64,000 nt of DNA from an uncultured Acidobacteriota bacterium. GTDB taxonomy: Bacteria; Acidobacteriota; Terriglobia; Terriglobales; Acidobacteriaceae. Below the pieces are notes generated by a model. It did no database searches. It was not told where the DNA came from and worked only from the letters and a program-made list of their open reading frames with translations. The DNA is taken from assembly GCA_963719865.1 (NCBI GenBank), contig CAVRDS010000074.1, positions 5,100 to 69,099 of the forward strand, in the 5' to 3' direction. The stretch's first letter is position 1. Every line of letters begins with the position of its first letter. Below, in pieces: positions 55,391 to 64,000 of this stretch. A program made the position numbers and the translations under genes.

Positions 55391-58300
55391 ATGTTCGTTG
55401 AATTCTTTATCCGACGTCCGGTGTTTGCCTCGGTTTGCGCGCTCCTGATCGTTCTGGCGGGAGCGGCGGTGATTCCCACGCTGCCCATTGCGCAATTCCC
55501 CGACCTTGCCCCGCCACAAGTGGGCGTCACGAGTTCGTATATCGGAGCTAGCGCGCAGACAGTGGAGAGCGCGGTCACCATTCCCCTCGAACAACAGATC
55601 AACGGGGCCGAGGGGATGAAATACGTCACTTCGACGAGCGGCAACGACGGGACCAGCAGCATCACGGTGACGTTCGATCTGACGCGCAATCCGGATCTGG
55701 CGACCGTCGACATTCAAAACCGGGTGAACACTGCGCAGGGACGGCTGCCGAGCGCGGTGAAGGCCGTGGGCATCACGACCCAGAAAACGTCGCAGAACTT
55801 CGTCTTCGGCGCGGCCGTCATTTCCGACAACAACAAATATTCCACGTTGTTCATGAGTAACTATCTCGACGTCTACGTGCGCGACGCACTGAAGCGCATA
55901 CCGGGCGTGGCGGACGTAATTATTTTCGGCGAGCGCAAGTACTCGATGCGGTTATGGCTCGATCCGGTGCGCCTGGCGGGACGAGGGCTGACCGCGCCCG
56001 ACGTGGTGAGTGCGCTCTCGGAGCAGAACGTGGAAGTCGCGGCCGGACAGGTAGGCCAGCAGCCGGCGGTCAACGGCCAGCAGTACCAGGTGAGCGTCCG
56101 AGCGGTCGGACGGCTGAGTGAGCCGGCGCAGTTCGACAGCATCATCTTGAAGACGAATTCGGATGGAACGCTGGTTCGGCTCAGGGACGTCGGGCGCGCG
56201 GAGCTAGGCGCGGAAGATTATTCTTCGGACCTGCAATTTAAGGGGCAGGATGCGGTCGGGCTCGGCGTAACGCAGCTCTCGACGGCGAACGCGCTCGATG
56301 TGGATCGCCGGGCAATTGCCGAGTTAAATCGGCTGTCGAAGAGCTTTCCCCCTGGCATGCACTATCAGCTCGCATTCGACACCACGGACGCGGTTGGCGA
56401 GTCGATCCGGGACGTAGGCTTCACAGTGGGTTCGGCGATCCTGCTGGTCATCCTGGTGATCTTTATCTTTCTCGGAGACTGGCGCACGACCATGATTCAC
56501 TTTATCGCCACACCGGTTTCGCTCATCGGTACGTTCATTTTTGTGAAGTTGCTGGGCTTCTCCATTAACACGCTGACGTTGTTTGGCATCACGCTGGCTA
56601 CCGGCCTGGTGGTTGACGATGCCATCGTCGTGATCGAAAATATCGAGCGCCATATCGCGGAGGGCGAACACGACTCCCACAAAGCTGCGGCAGCAGCCAC
56701 CGGCGAGATTACCAGCGCCGTGATCGCCACCTCGCTGGTACTGGTGGCCGTGTTTGTCCCCGTTGCGTTCTTTCCCGGGACGACCGGCATTCTGTTCCGC
56801 CAGTTTGCGCTGACCATCGCATTTTCCATCGCCATTTCCGCCTTTAACGCGCTGACATTGGCTCCGGTGCTGGCGGCGATTTTTCTGAGCGGCGGGCACC
56901 GGAAAAAATGGTGGTTCCTGCAAAAGTTTGACGACGGCGTCTCGGCTATGACCCGCGGGTACCGTGCGCTGATCCATCACGTGCTGGATTACAAATTCGC
57001 CATGGTGGTGCTGTTTTTCGCCGGTTTGGGGGCTACCTATTTCGTGTTTACCCACGTACCCTCCGGATTCGTTCCCGATGAAGACCAGGGTTATTTTATT
57101 GTCGTGATTCAGGCGCCGTCGGGCGCATCGCTCGAGTATACGAAGGCGATCGGCAAGCAGATCTCCGACATGCTGGCCGATGTGCCGGAGTCAGAAGGCA
57201 CGTTTTCGGTCGCGGGATTCAGCTTCGCGGGGTCGGCGGCGAATCAGGGACTGATCTTCGTGCCGCTGAAGCCCTATTCGCAGCGCAAAGGCGAGGAACA
57301 CACGGCCGCGGCGATTGTGAACCGCGTGCGTCCGCGGCTGTTTGGAATTTCAGGTGCGATTGTGTTTGCGACGCTTCCGCCGGCGATCCAAGGCCTGGGA
57401 CAGTTTGGCGGCTTCCAATTCGTGGTGCAGGATCTGGCTTCCCACAAACTGGATGAGCTGGCCGCCGCCACCCAGGGATTGATGCAGCAGGCCTCGCAAC
57501 GCAAAGATCTGGTGCGGCTGTTCACGTCCTTCACCGCCAACGATCCACAATATCTGGTGACCATTGACCGCGAGAAGGCGAAGAGCCTGCACGTGCCGCT
57601 GTCGCAAATCACCGACACGCTGGGCGTGTACATGGGTTCCTCGTACGTGAACGATTTTGATTTCAACAACCGTTCGTACCGCGTGTATGTACAGGCCGAC
57701 AAGCAATTCCGCGCGACGGCGCAGGACATGAAGCAGTTTTACGTGCGGTCCGACGGCGGAGCGATGGTCCCGCTTGAAAACCTGATTACGGTGACGCAGA
57801 CGACGACGCCGCAGGTCATCAGTCACTACAATCTTTTCCGGTCGGCGGAGATCGACGGGTCACCGGCGCCGGGATACAGCTCGGGACAGGCGATTGCGGC
57901 CATGGAACATCTGGCCAGCAAGATGCCGCAGGGATTCTCCTACAGCTGGACCGGATTGTCGCTTGAAGAATTGCAGTCTGGCGGAACGTCGCTGATTCTG
58001 TTTGGACTGGGCACACTGGTGGTTTATCTGACGTTGTCGGCGCAGTACGAAAGTTTCGTGCTGCCGTTCATCGTGCTGCTCGCCGTGCCCATGGCGCTGC
58101 TGGGAGCGCTCGGCGCGCAGTGGATCCGCGGATTGCAGAATGACGTGTTCTGCCAAGTGGGACTGGTCATGCTCGTCGGCTTGGCAAGCAAGAATGCAAT
58201 TCTGATCGTCGAGTTTGCCGAACAGTTGCGCGAGCGCGGATTGCCGCTGGTGGAAGCGGCGGTGCAGGCGGCAACGATTCGTCTGCGACCCATTCTGATG

Positions 58301-58498
58301 ACTTCGTTGGCGTTCATCTTGGGGGTTGTGCCCCTCGTCTTTGCCACCGGAGCTGGCGAGAACGGGCGCCATTCTGTGGGCACGACCGTGTTCGGCGGAA
58401 TGATTATGTCGACCGTGCTGAATCTATTCTTTATCCCCGTGCTGTACTTGATCATCGAGGGGTGGCGCGAGCGCGGCAAAGCGCCGAAACATCGCTGA
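55391..58498 (+). CDS. RND multidrug efflux pump permease (AcrB/HAE1-type)
   Basis: MFVEFFIRRPVFASV...; 12-TM AcrB architecture; 1035 aa. Confidence 0.95.
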   Translation: MFVEFFIRRPVFASVCALLIVLAGAAVIPTLPIAQFPDLAPPQVGVTSSYIGASAQTVESAVTIPLEQQINGAEGMKYVTSTSGNDGTSSITVTFDLTRNPDLATVDIQNRVNTAQGRLPSAVKAVGITTQKTSQNFVFGAAVISDNNKYSTLFMSNYLDVYVRDALKRIPGVADVIIFGERKYSMRLWLDPVRLAGRGLTAPDVVSALSEQNVEVAAGQVGQQPAVNGQQYQVSVRAVGRLSEPAQFDSIILKTNSDGTLVRLRDVGRAELGAEDYSSDLQFKGQDAVGLGVTQLSTANALDVDRRAIAELNRLSKSFPPGMHYQLAFDTTDAVGESIRDVGFTVGSAILLVILVIFIFLGDWRTTMIHFIATPVSLIGTFIFVKLLGFSINTLTLFGITLATGLVVDDAIVVIENIERHIAEGEHDSHKAAAAATGEITSAVIATSLVLVAVFVPVAFFPGTTGILFRQFALTIAFSIAISAFNALTLAPVLAAIFLSGGHRKKWWFLQKFDDGVSAMTRGYRALIHHVLDYKFAMVVLFFAGLGATYFVFTHVPSGFVPDEDQGYFIVVIQAPSGASLEYTKAIGKQISDMLADVPESEGTFSVAGFSFAGSAANQGLIFVPLKPYSQRKGEEHTAAAIVNRVRPRLFGISGAIVFATLPPAIQGLGQFGGFQFVVQDLASHKLDELAAATQGLMQQASQRKDLVRLFTSFTANDPQYLVTIDREKAKSLHVPLSQITDTLGVYMGSSYVNDFDFNNRSYRVYVQADKQFRATAQDMKQFYVRSDGGAMVPLENLITVTQTTTPQVISHYNLFRSAEIDGSPAPGYSSGQAIAAMEHLASKMPQGFSYSWTGLSLEELQSGGTSLILFGLGTLVVYLTLSAQYESFVLPFIVLLAVPMALLGALGAQWIRGLQNDVFCQVGLVMLVGLASKNAILIVEFAEQLRERGLPLVEAAVQAATIRLRPILMTSLAFILGVVPLVFATGAGENGRHSVGTTVFGGMIMSTVLNLFFIPVLYLIIEGWRERGKAPKHR

Positions 58499-58599
58499 GA
58501 AAAGCTTGTATTGCCGACACCCTGAAAAGTGATTGCAGTCACAGACCATACGACCTGGCTCGCCTAGGTTGGTTGCAGGTCGTATGGGAGGTGCTGTCG

Positions 58600-58830
58600 G
58601 TGAGTGCAACTCTGCCAGTAAGTGTGCGTCCTTTTACCCGCACGGAATTTACGTGCCGGAGCTGTGGTCGCAGGTTACGCGTCGATTTTGAATTTTGGGG
58701 AGGGCCGATTGTCGGCCGGGAGCAGGAGTATCGACACTGCCCGACGGATGAGCTTCGACACGTGGGCGGCCCCATCATTGTCGTGTGGGAAAAACGCGAC
58801 GACCGGTGGGTTCCTGAGAGCATAGGATAA
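58600..58830 (+). CDS. possible small Cys-containing hypothetical protein
   Basis: GGGAGG 8 nt before the GTG at 58600; contains CRSC...HCP. Weak; could be non-coding. Confidence 0.25.
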   Translation: MSATLPVSVRPFTRTEFTCRSCGRRLRVDFEFWGGPIVGREQEYRHCPTDELRHVGGPIIVVWEKRDDRWVPESIG

Positions 58831-58847
58831 AGCGCCGCGCATGCAGT

Positions 58848-59372
58848 TCAGCGGCTGGAGCCGTTGCCGCGTTGGGACGGTGAACTGGCCTGGATCGAAG
58901 CTGTGCCTTTGCCAGTCCCTCCAGACATAAGTTTCTTGGCCTTGCGCGCTTCTTTTCGGCGCATCCTGGCCATCCATTCTCGCGAATACATGGTGCCGCG
59001 GCATTTGGGTGAGCCGCAGTGGCAGGGCGCGGGATCGTCGTCGTCGTAGAGGTTGTAATCCCAGACAAGTTCTTCTCCCGCGGCGATGTCGCGCAGCGCA
59101 AACAGCCAAACCCGGCCCTTGACCTCATCGACTTCGCAATTGGGATCGCAAGAATGATTCAGGTAAGCCCCCATGCCATGGCCGTCGATCACCGTCTTGC
59201 CATCTTCCAACCCATATAAATAAGTGCGAGAGACGCCTTCGTAGCGGCGGTCGGCTTCTTCGGGAGTGATGCGCTCGCCCTCGTACTCGACGACTCGCGT
59301 TCCTTTGCGGAGGGGGGCAGTAGTGTAGACACCGACGGAATGAATGGGCGAAGGGCGAACAACCAAAGCCAT
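58848..59372 (-). CDS. SET-domain protein (lysine methyltransferase-like) with basic C-terminal tail
   Basis: VVEYEGERI...GAYLNHSCDPNC...ELVWDYN, and a post-SET CHCGSPKCRG. Confidence 0.85.
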   Translation of the reverse strand: MALVVRPSPIHSVGVYTTAPLRKGTRVVEYEGERITPEEADRRYEGVSRTYLYGLEDGKTVIDGHGMGAYLNHSCDPNCEVDEVKGRVWLFALRDIAAGEELVWDYNLYDDDDPAPCHCGSPKCRGTMYSREWMARMRRKEARKAKKLMSGGTGKGTASIQASSPSQRGNGSSR

Positions 59373-59423
59373 ACAACTAATTTCGCACGAGGCGCGGAGT
59401 TTGGGAAATGTGGAAATCGAGGG

Positions 59424-60014
59424 CTACGGGTCGTAGACCGAACTGCCATAGCCTTGCCGACGGGCGGCCTCTTGTGTGTCTTCCAGGCGCCGGTGCAGGT
59501 CGTTCAATTGCGACTGCAAGTCCGTTATCTGCCGCTGTCTTTCTTTTTCACGGTAGTTCCAGACCGGCTCATCGGTGGAATTGGTGAGGACCGCATGCAG
59601 AGAGTCATTCAGAGTATCGATATGCCGCTGCACCTGCGCAATCGAATTTTTCAACTGCAGGGCCTGGGTCTTCCAGTATTGGGCGGGACGTTTGATTTCA
59701 TAGACGACGAGCGGACGGAGATTGCCGTGAGTTTGTGCAACGGGAGCCGAGGCGGGCGCCGCGTGGTGCTCTGGCAGATCGTCATTGGTGATGACGTGCG
59801 ACGTTTTGGGCTGCGACCCAGCCTGTGATGTTGTGCCGTCGGATGAACTATTGGAGGCGGAGGCCGGGGCAGAGTTGCTCTGGGCCGGCTGCTGTTTCTC
59901 GACGCGAGATTGCCGCACCACATCTCCAAGAGGCGGCGCGTCCTGAGCGGAAGCCGTCAACGCACAGGCGGAGACGCCGGCGGCAAACAGGATGAGAAGT
60001 CGCGGCAGCGGCAT
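59424..60014 (-). CDS. secreted hypothetical protein with C-terminal coiled coil
   Basis: Signal peptide MPLPRLLILFAAGVSACALTASAQ; low-complexity linker; helical C-terminus. Confidence 0.55.
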   Translation of the reverse strand: MPLPRLLILFAAGVSACALTASAQDAPPLGDVVRQSRVEKQQPAQSNSAPASASNSSSDGTTSQAGSQPKTSHVITNDDLPEHHAAPASAPVAQTHGNLRPLVVYEIKRPAQYWKTQALQLKNSIAQVQRHIDTLNDSLHAVLTNSTDEPVWNYREKERQRQITDLQSQLNDLHRRLEDTQEAARRQGYGSSVYDP

Positions 60015-60100
60015 GGCAGATTGACCTGTCCGTACAAGAATTCGCGTTGTAAGAGCGTAAACAGCGAGCCGCCGCCATTGAAGATTACCTTCGTGCCACC

Positions 60101-61207
60101 TCAGGCGTGCCGCCCGGACGCGATACAGCCGGCAATCAGCGCGTCCAGTTTCCCGAATAACGCCCCATTGCCCTGGCGCGGGTACTGCGCGAGTGCTTCC
60201 CGATAGTGCGGAAGGTTGTAGAGAAAGGATTCAACCCGCTCTTTGTTCAGCTCTTCCCAATACGCGCCGTAGCCGGATTTTTCCAGCCAGTAGGCGTTGA
60301 AGATCTGCTCGAACTGGTGGCTCACGGGGACGGCGAGATATGGCTTGCCCAGGTGAAGAGCCTCGGTGACCAGCGAGAAGCCGGAGTTAGCGATGATGGC
60401 CCGCGAACTGACCAGATCGGAGAAGAAGCCTTCGAGAGAAGGTTTCTTGTAGAGGATGTTTCCCTCTTGTCCTTCGCGCCCGAAGCCGTATGCGATGAAA
60501 GGGCAGCGGACCGAACTCAGCAACTTGGCCAGCGCGGGCGCGGGCGAGGTGACGTAAACCAGCACGTGATCACCTTCGGTCGGAGTTGCACTGAGGATTT
60601 CCTGTCGTAGCAACGGAGGGAAGAGAAACGTGTTGCGGTTGCGGATAGGCGCGGCGAAGAAAGAGATAACGAGATAGGCGTGGGCGCGTGGGGTCATCAG
60701 CCTGGTGACGATCTTGGCGGCGGCCGCATCGCGGCGGTACTGCTTGGGGTACGACACGACGGCATTGGTGAGGCAGTGCTGGTTGTCGATGGAGATGACT
60801 GGAAGCCGGCGTTTGTGCCCGACGTGGCAGGTCAGTGGTTCGAAGTCGGTGATTACCAGGTCGATGCGGGCCTCATCCACCAGAGCGTTGAGACGATGCA
60901 AGCTTCTGGCGGCCTGCGGAACGGTGATCAGATTTTTCGCGATCGTGCGCTTGTAGCGCACGCGGTTGTTTACGTAGGCGAAGCGGAATCCGTAGATTTC
61001 CGTGACATCGAAATCCTGCTTCAGATTCTGCAGGCCGCGATCGAACGATGCGACGTGGACGCGATGTCCCCGGGAAACCAGATGCGTGAGCACTTCTCTG
61101 GCGCGGGTCGAGTGACCCGCGCCTTCGCCGTTTACCCCGTAGAGAATGTTGGCCATGGGTGAGGGGCGAGTATCGCGCGAGCCAGAACCCGGACGCCGGT
61201 TCTTCAC
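60101..61207 (-). CDS. MurG-like / GT28-type glycosyltransferase-family protein
   Basis: ILYGVNGEGAGHSTRAREV...; C-terminal SRAIIANSGFSLVTEALHLGKPYLAVP. The GTG at 61207 overlaps the upstream stop (GTGA); alternative ATG at 61156. Confidence 0.7.
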   Translation of the reverse strand: MKNRRPGSGSRDTRPSPMANILYGVNGEGAGHSTRAREVLTHLVSRGHRVHVASFDRGLQNLKQDFDVTEIYGFRFAYVNNRVRYKRTIAKNLITVPQAARSLHRLNALVDEARIDLVITDFEPLTCHVGHKRRLPVISIDNQHCLTNAVVSYPKQYRRDAAAAKIVTRLMTPRAHAYLVISFFAAPIRNRNTFLFPPLLRQEILSATPTEGDHVLVYVTSPAPALAKLLSSVRCPFIAYGFGREGQEGNILYKKPSLEGFFSDLVSSRAIIANSGFSLVTEALHLGKPYLAVPVSHQFEQIFNAYWLEKSGYGAYWEELNKERVESFLYNLPHYREALAQYPRQGNGALFGKLDALIAGCIASGRHA

Positions 61208-63672
61208 TGCTGCGGTTGCGGAACGGGGAGCGCGACCGTGTCCACCGTAGAAGGATCGTCCCGCAACTTGATGTAGAGTGTTTTGCCTTTGGGCGGCGGG
61301 ATGGCCAGCGCATCTTCCACAAAACCTTCCGGGACGGTTACGGCATTCGCGAAATCAGCGTCGCTGCTGACCGAATCCAGCAGAAAAAGTTTGTCGCCGC
61401 TCAGAGTGCATTGCTTATCCGGAGCGGATCCGCAGCGAACCCCTTTCAGCATCGGGATGCGAACCAGGTTTACCAGCGACTGCCAGTCGCCATCAACGCC
61501 GTCTGCGCTTACCGCACGGAACTTAAGCGGTCCGAAAGCAGATGGGCCGAGCAGCTTCATGGGATCCAGAATTGCCAGGACGGTCTTGCTGTCCTGCATA
61601 GTCAGATTGCCATCCTTGAAGCTCAAGAGAACGCGGAAAGATTCGTCGCTGGTAGCGACCTCGATTTTTTCGGTAGGCGGGAATATTTCCGGAAACTGCG
61701 TTTTGAGAAAGAAATTCAGCCGGCCGTCCTGCGGCAGTTCTTCCTGGCTGCCCAAGCGAACGGGCGATGGCGAAACGGCCGTGTCGATCTGAATGCTTTT
61801 GGTCAGCACGCTGACGGTGGGACGCTGGGCTTCGACCTGCGCTTTGAGATCGAGCACGCGGCCGTCCTTGAGAGTGGCGTGCACTACGATGGAGTCGCCG
61901 GGATGCAGCTTGGTTTTGGCAGCCGCGTCAGCCGTGATCAGTCTGAGTTCGTCCTGCTGGTTGGCGCGCGTCAAGTTATCGGGAGTGAAGCGCAGGCCGT
62001 TCACGTCGAGGGATTCGACCTGATCGAGGCGCGTGCCTTTCAGGATGCCGTCCGCATCTCCGGCGTGGATGCCGAAGCTGTCGAGGCGACCGGCTTCCGC
62101 GTAAGTATGAAGAGGGACGTCGTCGACTTCGTGCAGGCCGAACTTTTTGACCTGCATGGTCACCCATCCGGCTGCGGCGTTCTGCAGCGGAACTTTGATC
62201 TCAAGCTCGTCGGGCTTAGAATTCTTCCACGCGACGGTTAGAGGCTTTCCCTGCTCGTTCTTGAGGGTCACTTCGCTGACGCAGCAGGCGTCCGGCGATT
62301 GGAGATGAAGAGTGTCTTCGCGGCCGACGATCAGGGCGCTGGCGTCTTTCGAGGCCACAATCCATTGCGCGGGGCGCGAATCGCGCAGCCGGTAGTGCGG
62401 CCCTTCGAAGGCATGGAATCCCCAGATTCCGCGGATCGTTCCGGTGAATTCGCCATCGAGATCCGCGGATTGCAGGGCATGAGTTTCGACAGCAAATCCG
62501 CCGAGCATGGGATCAGGCGTGGCGGGAAGGTCAATGCCAGGTCCGGACTTGGTTTCCACGTGCAGAACAAAGTGGTGCGCCAGTTCGGTGGCGAAAGCGA
62601 GAGGCGCGCCGTCGGCGGGCAGAAGCAGCGAAGGCTTGCCGGCGCAGAATATCTGCGCCTGATCGACCGCGCGTAACGGCGGAGGCGGAGACGGCTTCAC
62701 CGGAGGCAGGCCAATCACCAGCACCGACTTGGGGTTGCGAAACGATGGAGGATTGTTGAGGCGGAGGTTGAGTTCGTTCTGCTTGGGCAAAGCCAGCGCG
62801 GGAATGTACTGATACTGGGCGGTGTGGGCCGTACTAAGGATGCGGGCGACATCGACGACGGCTCCGACATAAGGGCTGTAATAGCCGCCCCGCGCCGTGG
62901 GACTCGCGCTGATCTGCGCCAGCAGATCGGACGACGCGCCAGTGGTCAAAGTTGCGACCATGCTCTGGCTGTGCGCGTCATCGAGCACCAACTGATCGGT
63001 ATTCTGGGTGAGGCAAGGGACTTGCTGCGCGCTCGGTTTGTCGAAGCATTGCTGGTCAAGGCGCATATTCAGGCTGCGCGCCAGCATCGTGGTATGCAGC
63101 TTCAACTGGTCGGGATCGGTGGTGTAGGTCTGGCGAACCGATTCCAGATATTTCTCCAGGCGTTGGCGTTCCAGGCTGGCTTCCTGCAGATCCTGGGCGG
63201 CGCGGACGAAGGCTCCGGGTTTGCCCCGCACCGCAGTGCGCAGTGTTGTAAAGGCGCCTCCGGTCTCAGGAGCGAGAAAGATCAGAGCCTCTTCGGCTTC
63301 TTGCGGGACGACGACGAAAATTCCTTCCTCGTGCACCGGCTTGGCCCAGGTTTCGACGCGGGTAAACCAGGAATCCGGCGGAGGGTTGGTCGCGCCGCGA
63401 AGAAAAACGATGACCATCAGATAACGAACGGACTGGCTGTCGGGAAGATCGGCGTGCACCCACAGGCGGTCTCCAGCCTGCAGGTTAGGAACCTCTGCGA
63501 TCGGCAAGGTGGTTCCGGAGCGCTGCACGCGCACTTCAATCCTGGGGCCGATGAGGTCAAAGGCGGCGTTGTCGGCGCGGGCCGGGCGCACGGACAGAAA
63601 CGACAAGAATAGAAAAAGAAACGACGCCGTGATGCGGCATGGCAGCTGTGAAACGAATCCCTTAAGACGCAA
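61204..63672 (-). CDS. large secreted hypothetical protein (822 aa)
   Basis: Signal peptide ...FLSVRPARADN; no domain recognised by eye. Confidence 0.6.
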   Translation of the reverse strand: MRLKGFVSQLPCRITASFLFLFLSFLSVRPARADNAAFDLIGPRIEVRVQRSGTTLPIAEVPNLQAGDRLWVHADLPDSQSVRYLMVIVFLRGATNPPPDSWFTRVETWAKPVHEEGIFVVVPQEAEEALIFLAPETGGAFTTLRTAVRGKPGAFVRAAQDLQEASLERQRLEKYLESVRQTYTTDPDQLKLHTTMLARSLNMRLDQQCFDKPSAQQVPCLTQNTDQLVLDDAHSQSMVATLTTGASSDLLAQISASPTARGGYYSPYVGAVVDVARILSTAHTAQYQYIPALALPKQNELNLRLNNPPSFRNPKSVLVIGLPPVKPSPPPPLRAVDQAQIFCAGKPSLLLPADGAPLAFATELAHHFVLHVETKSGPGIDLPATPDPMLGGFAVETHALQSADLDGEFTGTIRGIWGFHAFEGPHYRLRDSRPAQWIVASKDASALIVGREDTLHLQSPDACCVSEVTLKNEQGKPLTVAWKNSKPDELEIKVPLQNAAAGWVTMQVKKFGLHEVDDVPLHTYAEAGRLDSFGIHAGDADGILKGTRLDQVESLDVNGLRFTPDNLTRANQQDELRLITADAAAKTKLHPGDSIVVHATLKDGRVLDLKAQVEAQRPTVSVLTKSIQIDTAVSPSPVRLGSQEELPQDGRLNFFLKTQFPEIFPPTEKIEVATSDESFRVLLSFKDGNLTMQDSKTVLAILDPMKLLGPSAFGPLKFRAVSADGVDGDWQSLVNLVRIPMLKGVRCGSAPDKQCTLSGDKLFLLDSVSSDADFANAVTVPEGFVEDALAIPPPKGKTLYIKLRDDPSTVDTVALPVPQPQQ

Positions 63673-63840
63673 AAGTCCCCTCTCCAGCGTGGATACTTGC
63701 GGGCAAAGGCTGTGCGTTTATTTTAACTGATTCGCTTCCAATGACCAGAACGGATTGGGCAGACGGTAGCCCAAAAGTACTTGGACCAGTTGCGGGTCAG
63801 ATCATCGCGGTCGTGGTGGGAGGAAGTTCGGGAACTCCTC

Positions 63841-64000
63841 TCAGGATGCTTTCTTCTTGCCGAGAGCCGCACGCGCGGAGGCCACCGCGTTCACCAACTC
63901 CCTTGCAGCCGCAGTGATCTTGTCCAGATTGCCTTCCCGCAAAGCCGTCGCGTCCACCAAGTCTGCTCCCACGCCCAGCGCGAATGCTCCCGCGGCGATG
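63841..64000 (-). CDS. KDPG/KHG aldolase (Eda-like), C-terminal part (continues past the window end)
   Basis: Own translation: ...IAAGAFALGVGADLVDATALREGNLDKITAAARELVNAVASARAALGKKKAS*; resembles Eda C-termini. Confidence 0.5.
   Translation of the reverse strand, partial: IAAGAFALGVGADLVDATALREGNLDKITAAARELVNAVASARAALGKKKAS

Overview
GC-rich chromosomal segment (judged by eye, not computed). Gene content and the intergenic repeat repertoire look most like a soil Acidobacteriota-type genome; this is inference, with no database search. The backbone is housekeeping: infC-rpmI-rplT-pheS-pheT, mutY, purE, purD, acnA, sucA and an agmatinase-family gene. Signalling genes are interspersed: a TPR Ser/Thr kinase, a PEGA-domain kinase homologue that has lost its catalytic residues, a hybrid histidine kinase, a STAS-receiver fusion and an EAL-HDOD protein. 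There are two efflux loci: three FtsX-type permeases with an adaptor and an ATPase, and an RND adaptor with its pump. An OprB-type porin, a response regulator and an atypical Nramp form one locus, and there is one IS110-family insertion sequence. Most long antisense ORFs in the six-frame track are high-GC artefacts. Intergenic DNA holds at least four families of structured REP-like repeats, several showing compensatory stem changes between copies, and one copy sits in frame inside pheT. The strongest observation is that the IS110-family element (about 26963-28214) splits one of these repeats exactly. Its non-coding right end folds into a stem / internal loop / hairpin whose two loop strands match the left and right insertion junctions on opposite strands, as expected for an IS110/IS1111 bridge (seek) RNA target-binding loop. 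The second is a 12-bp AT-rich palindromic core shared by the promoter regions of the porin gene and of an Nramp homologue whose metal-binding residues are non-canonical. No rRNA, tRNA or CRISPR array was found by eye.
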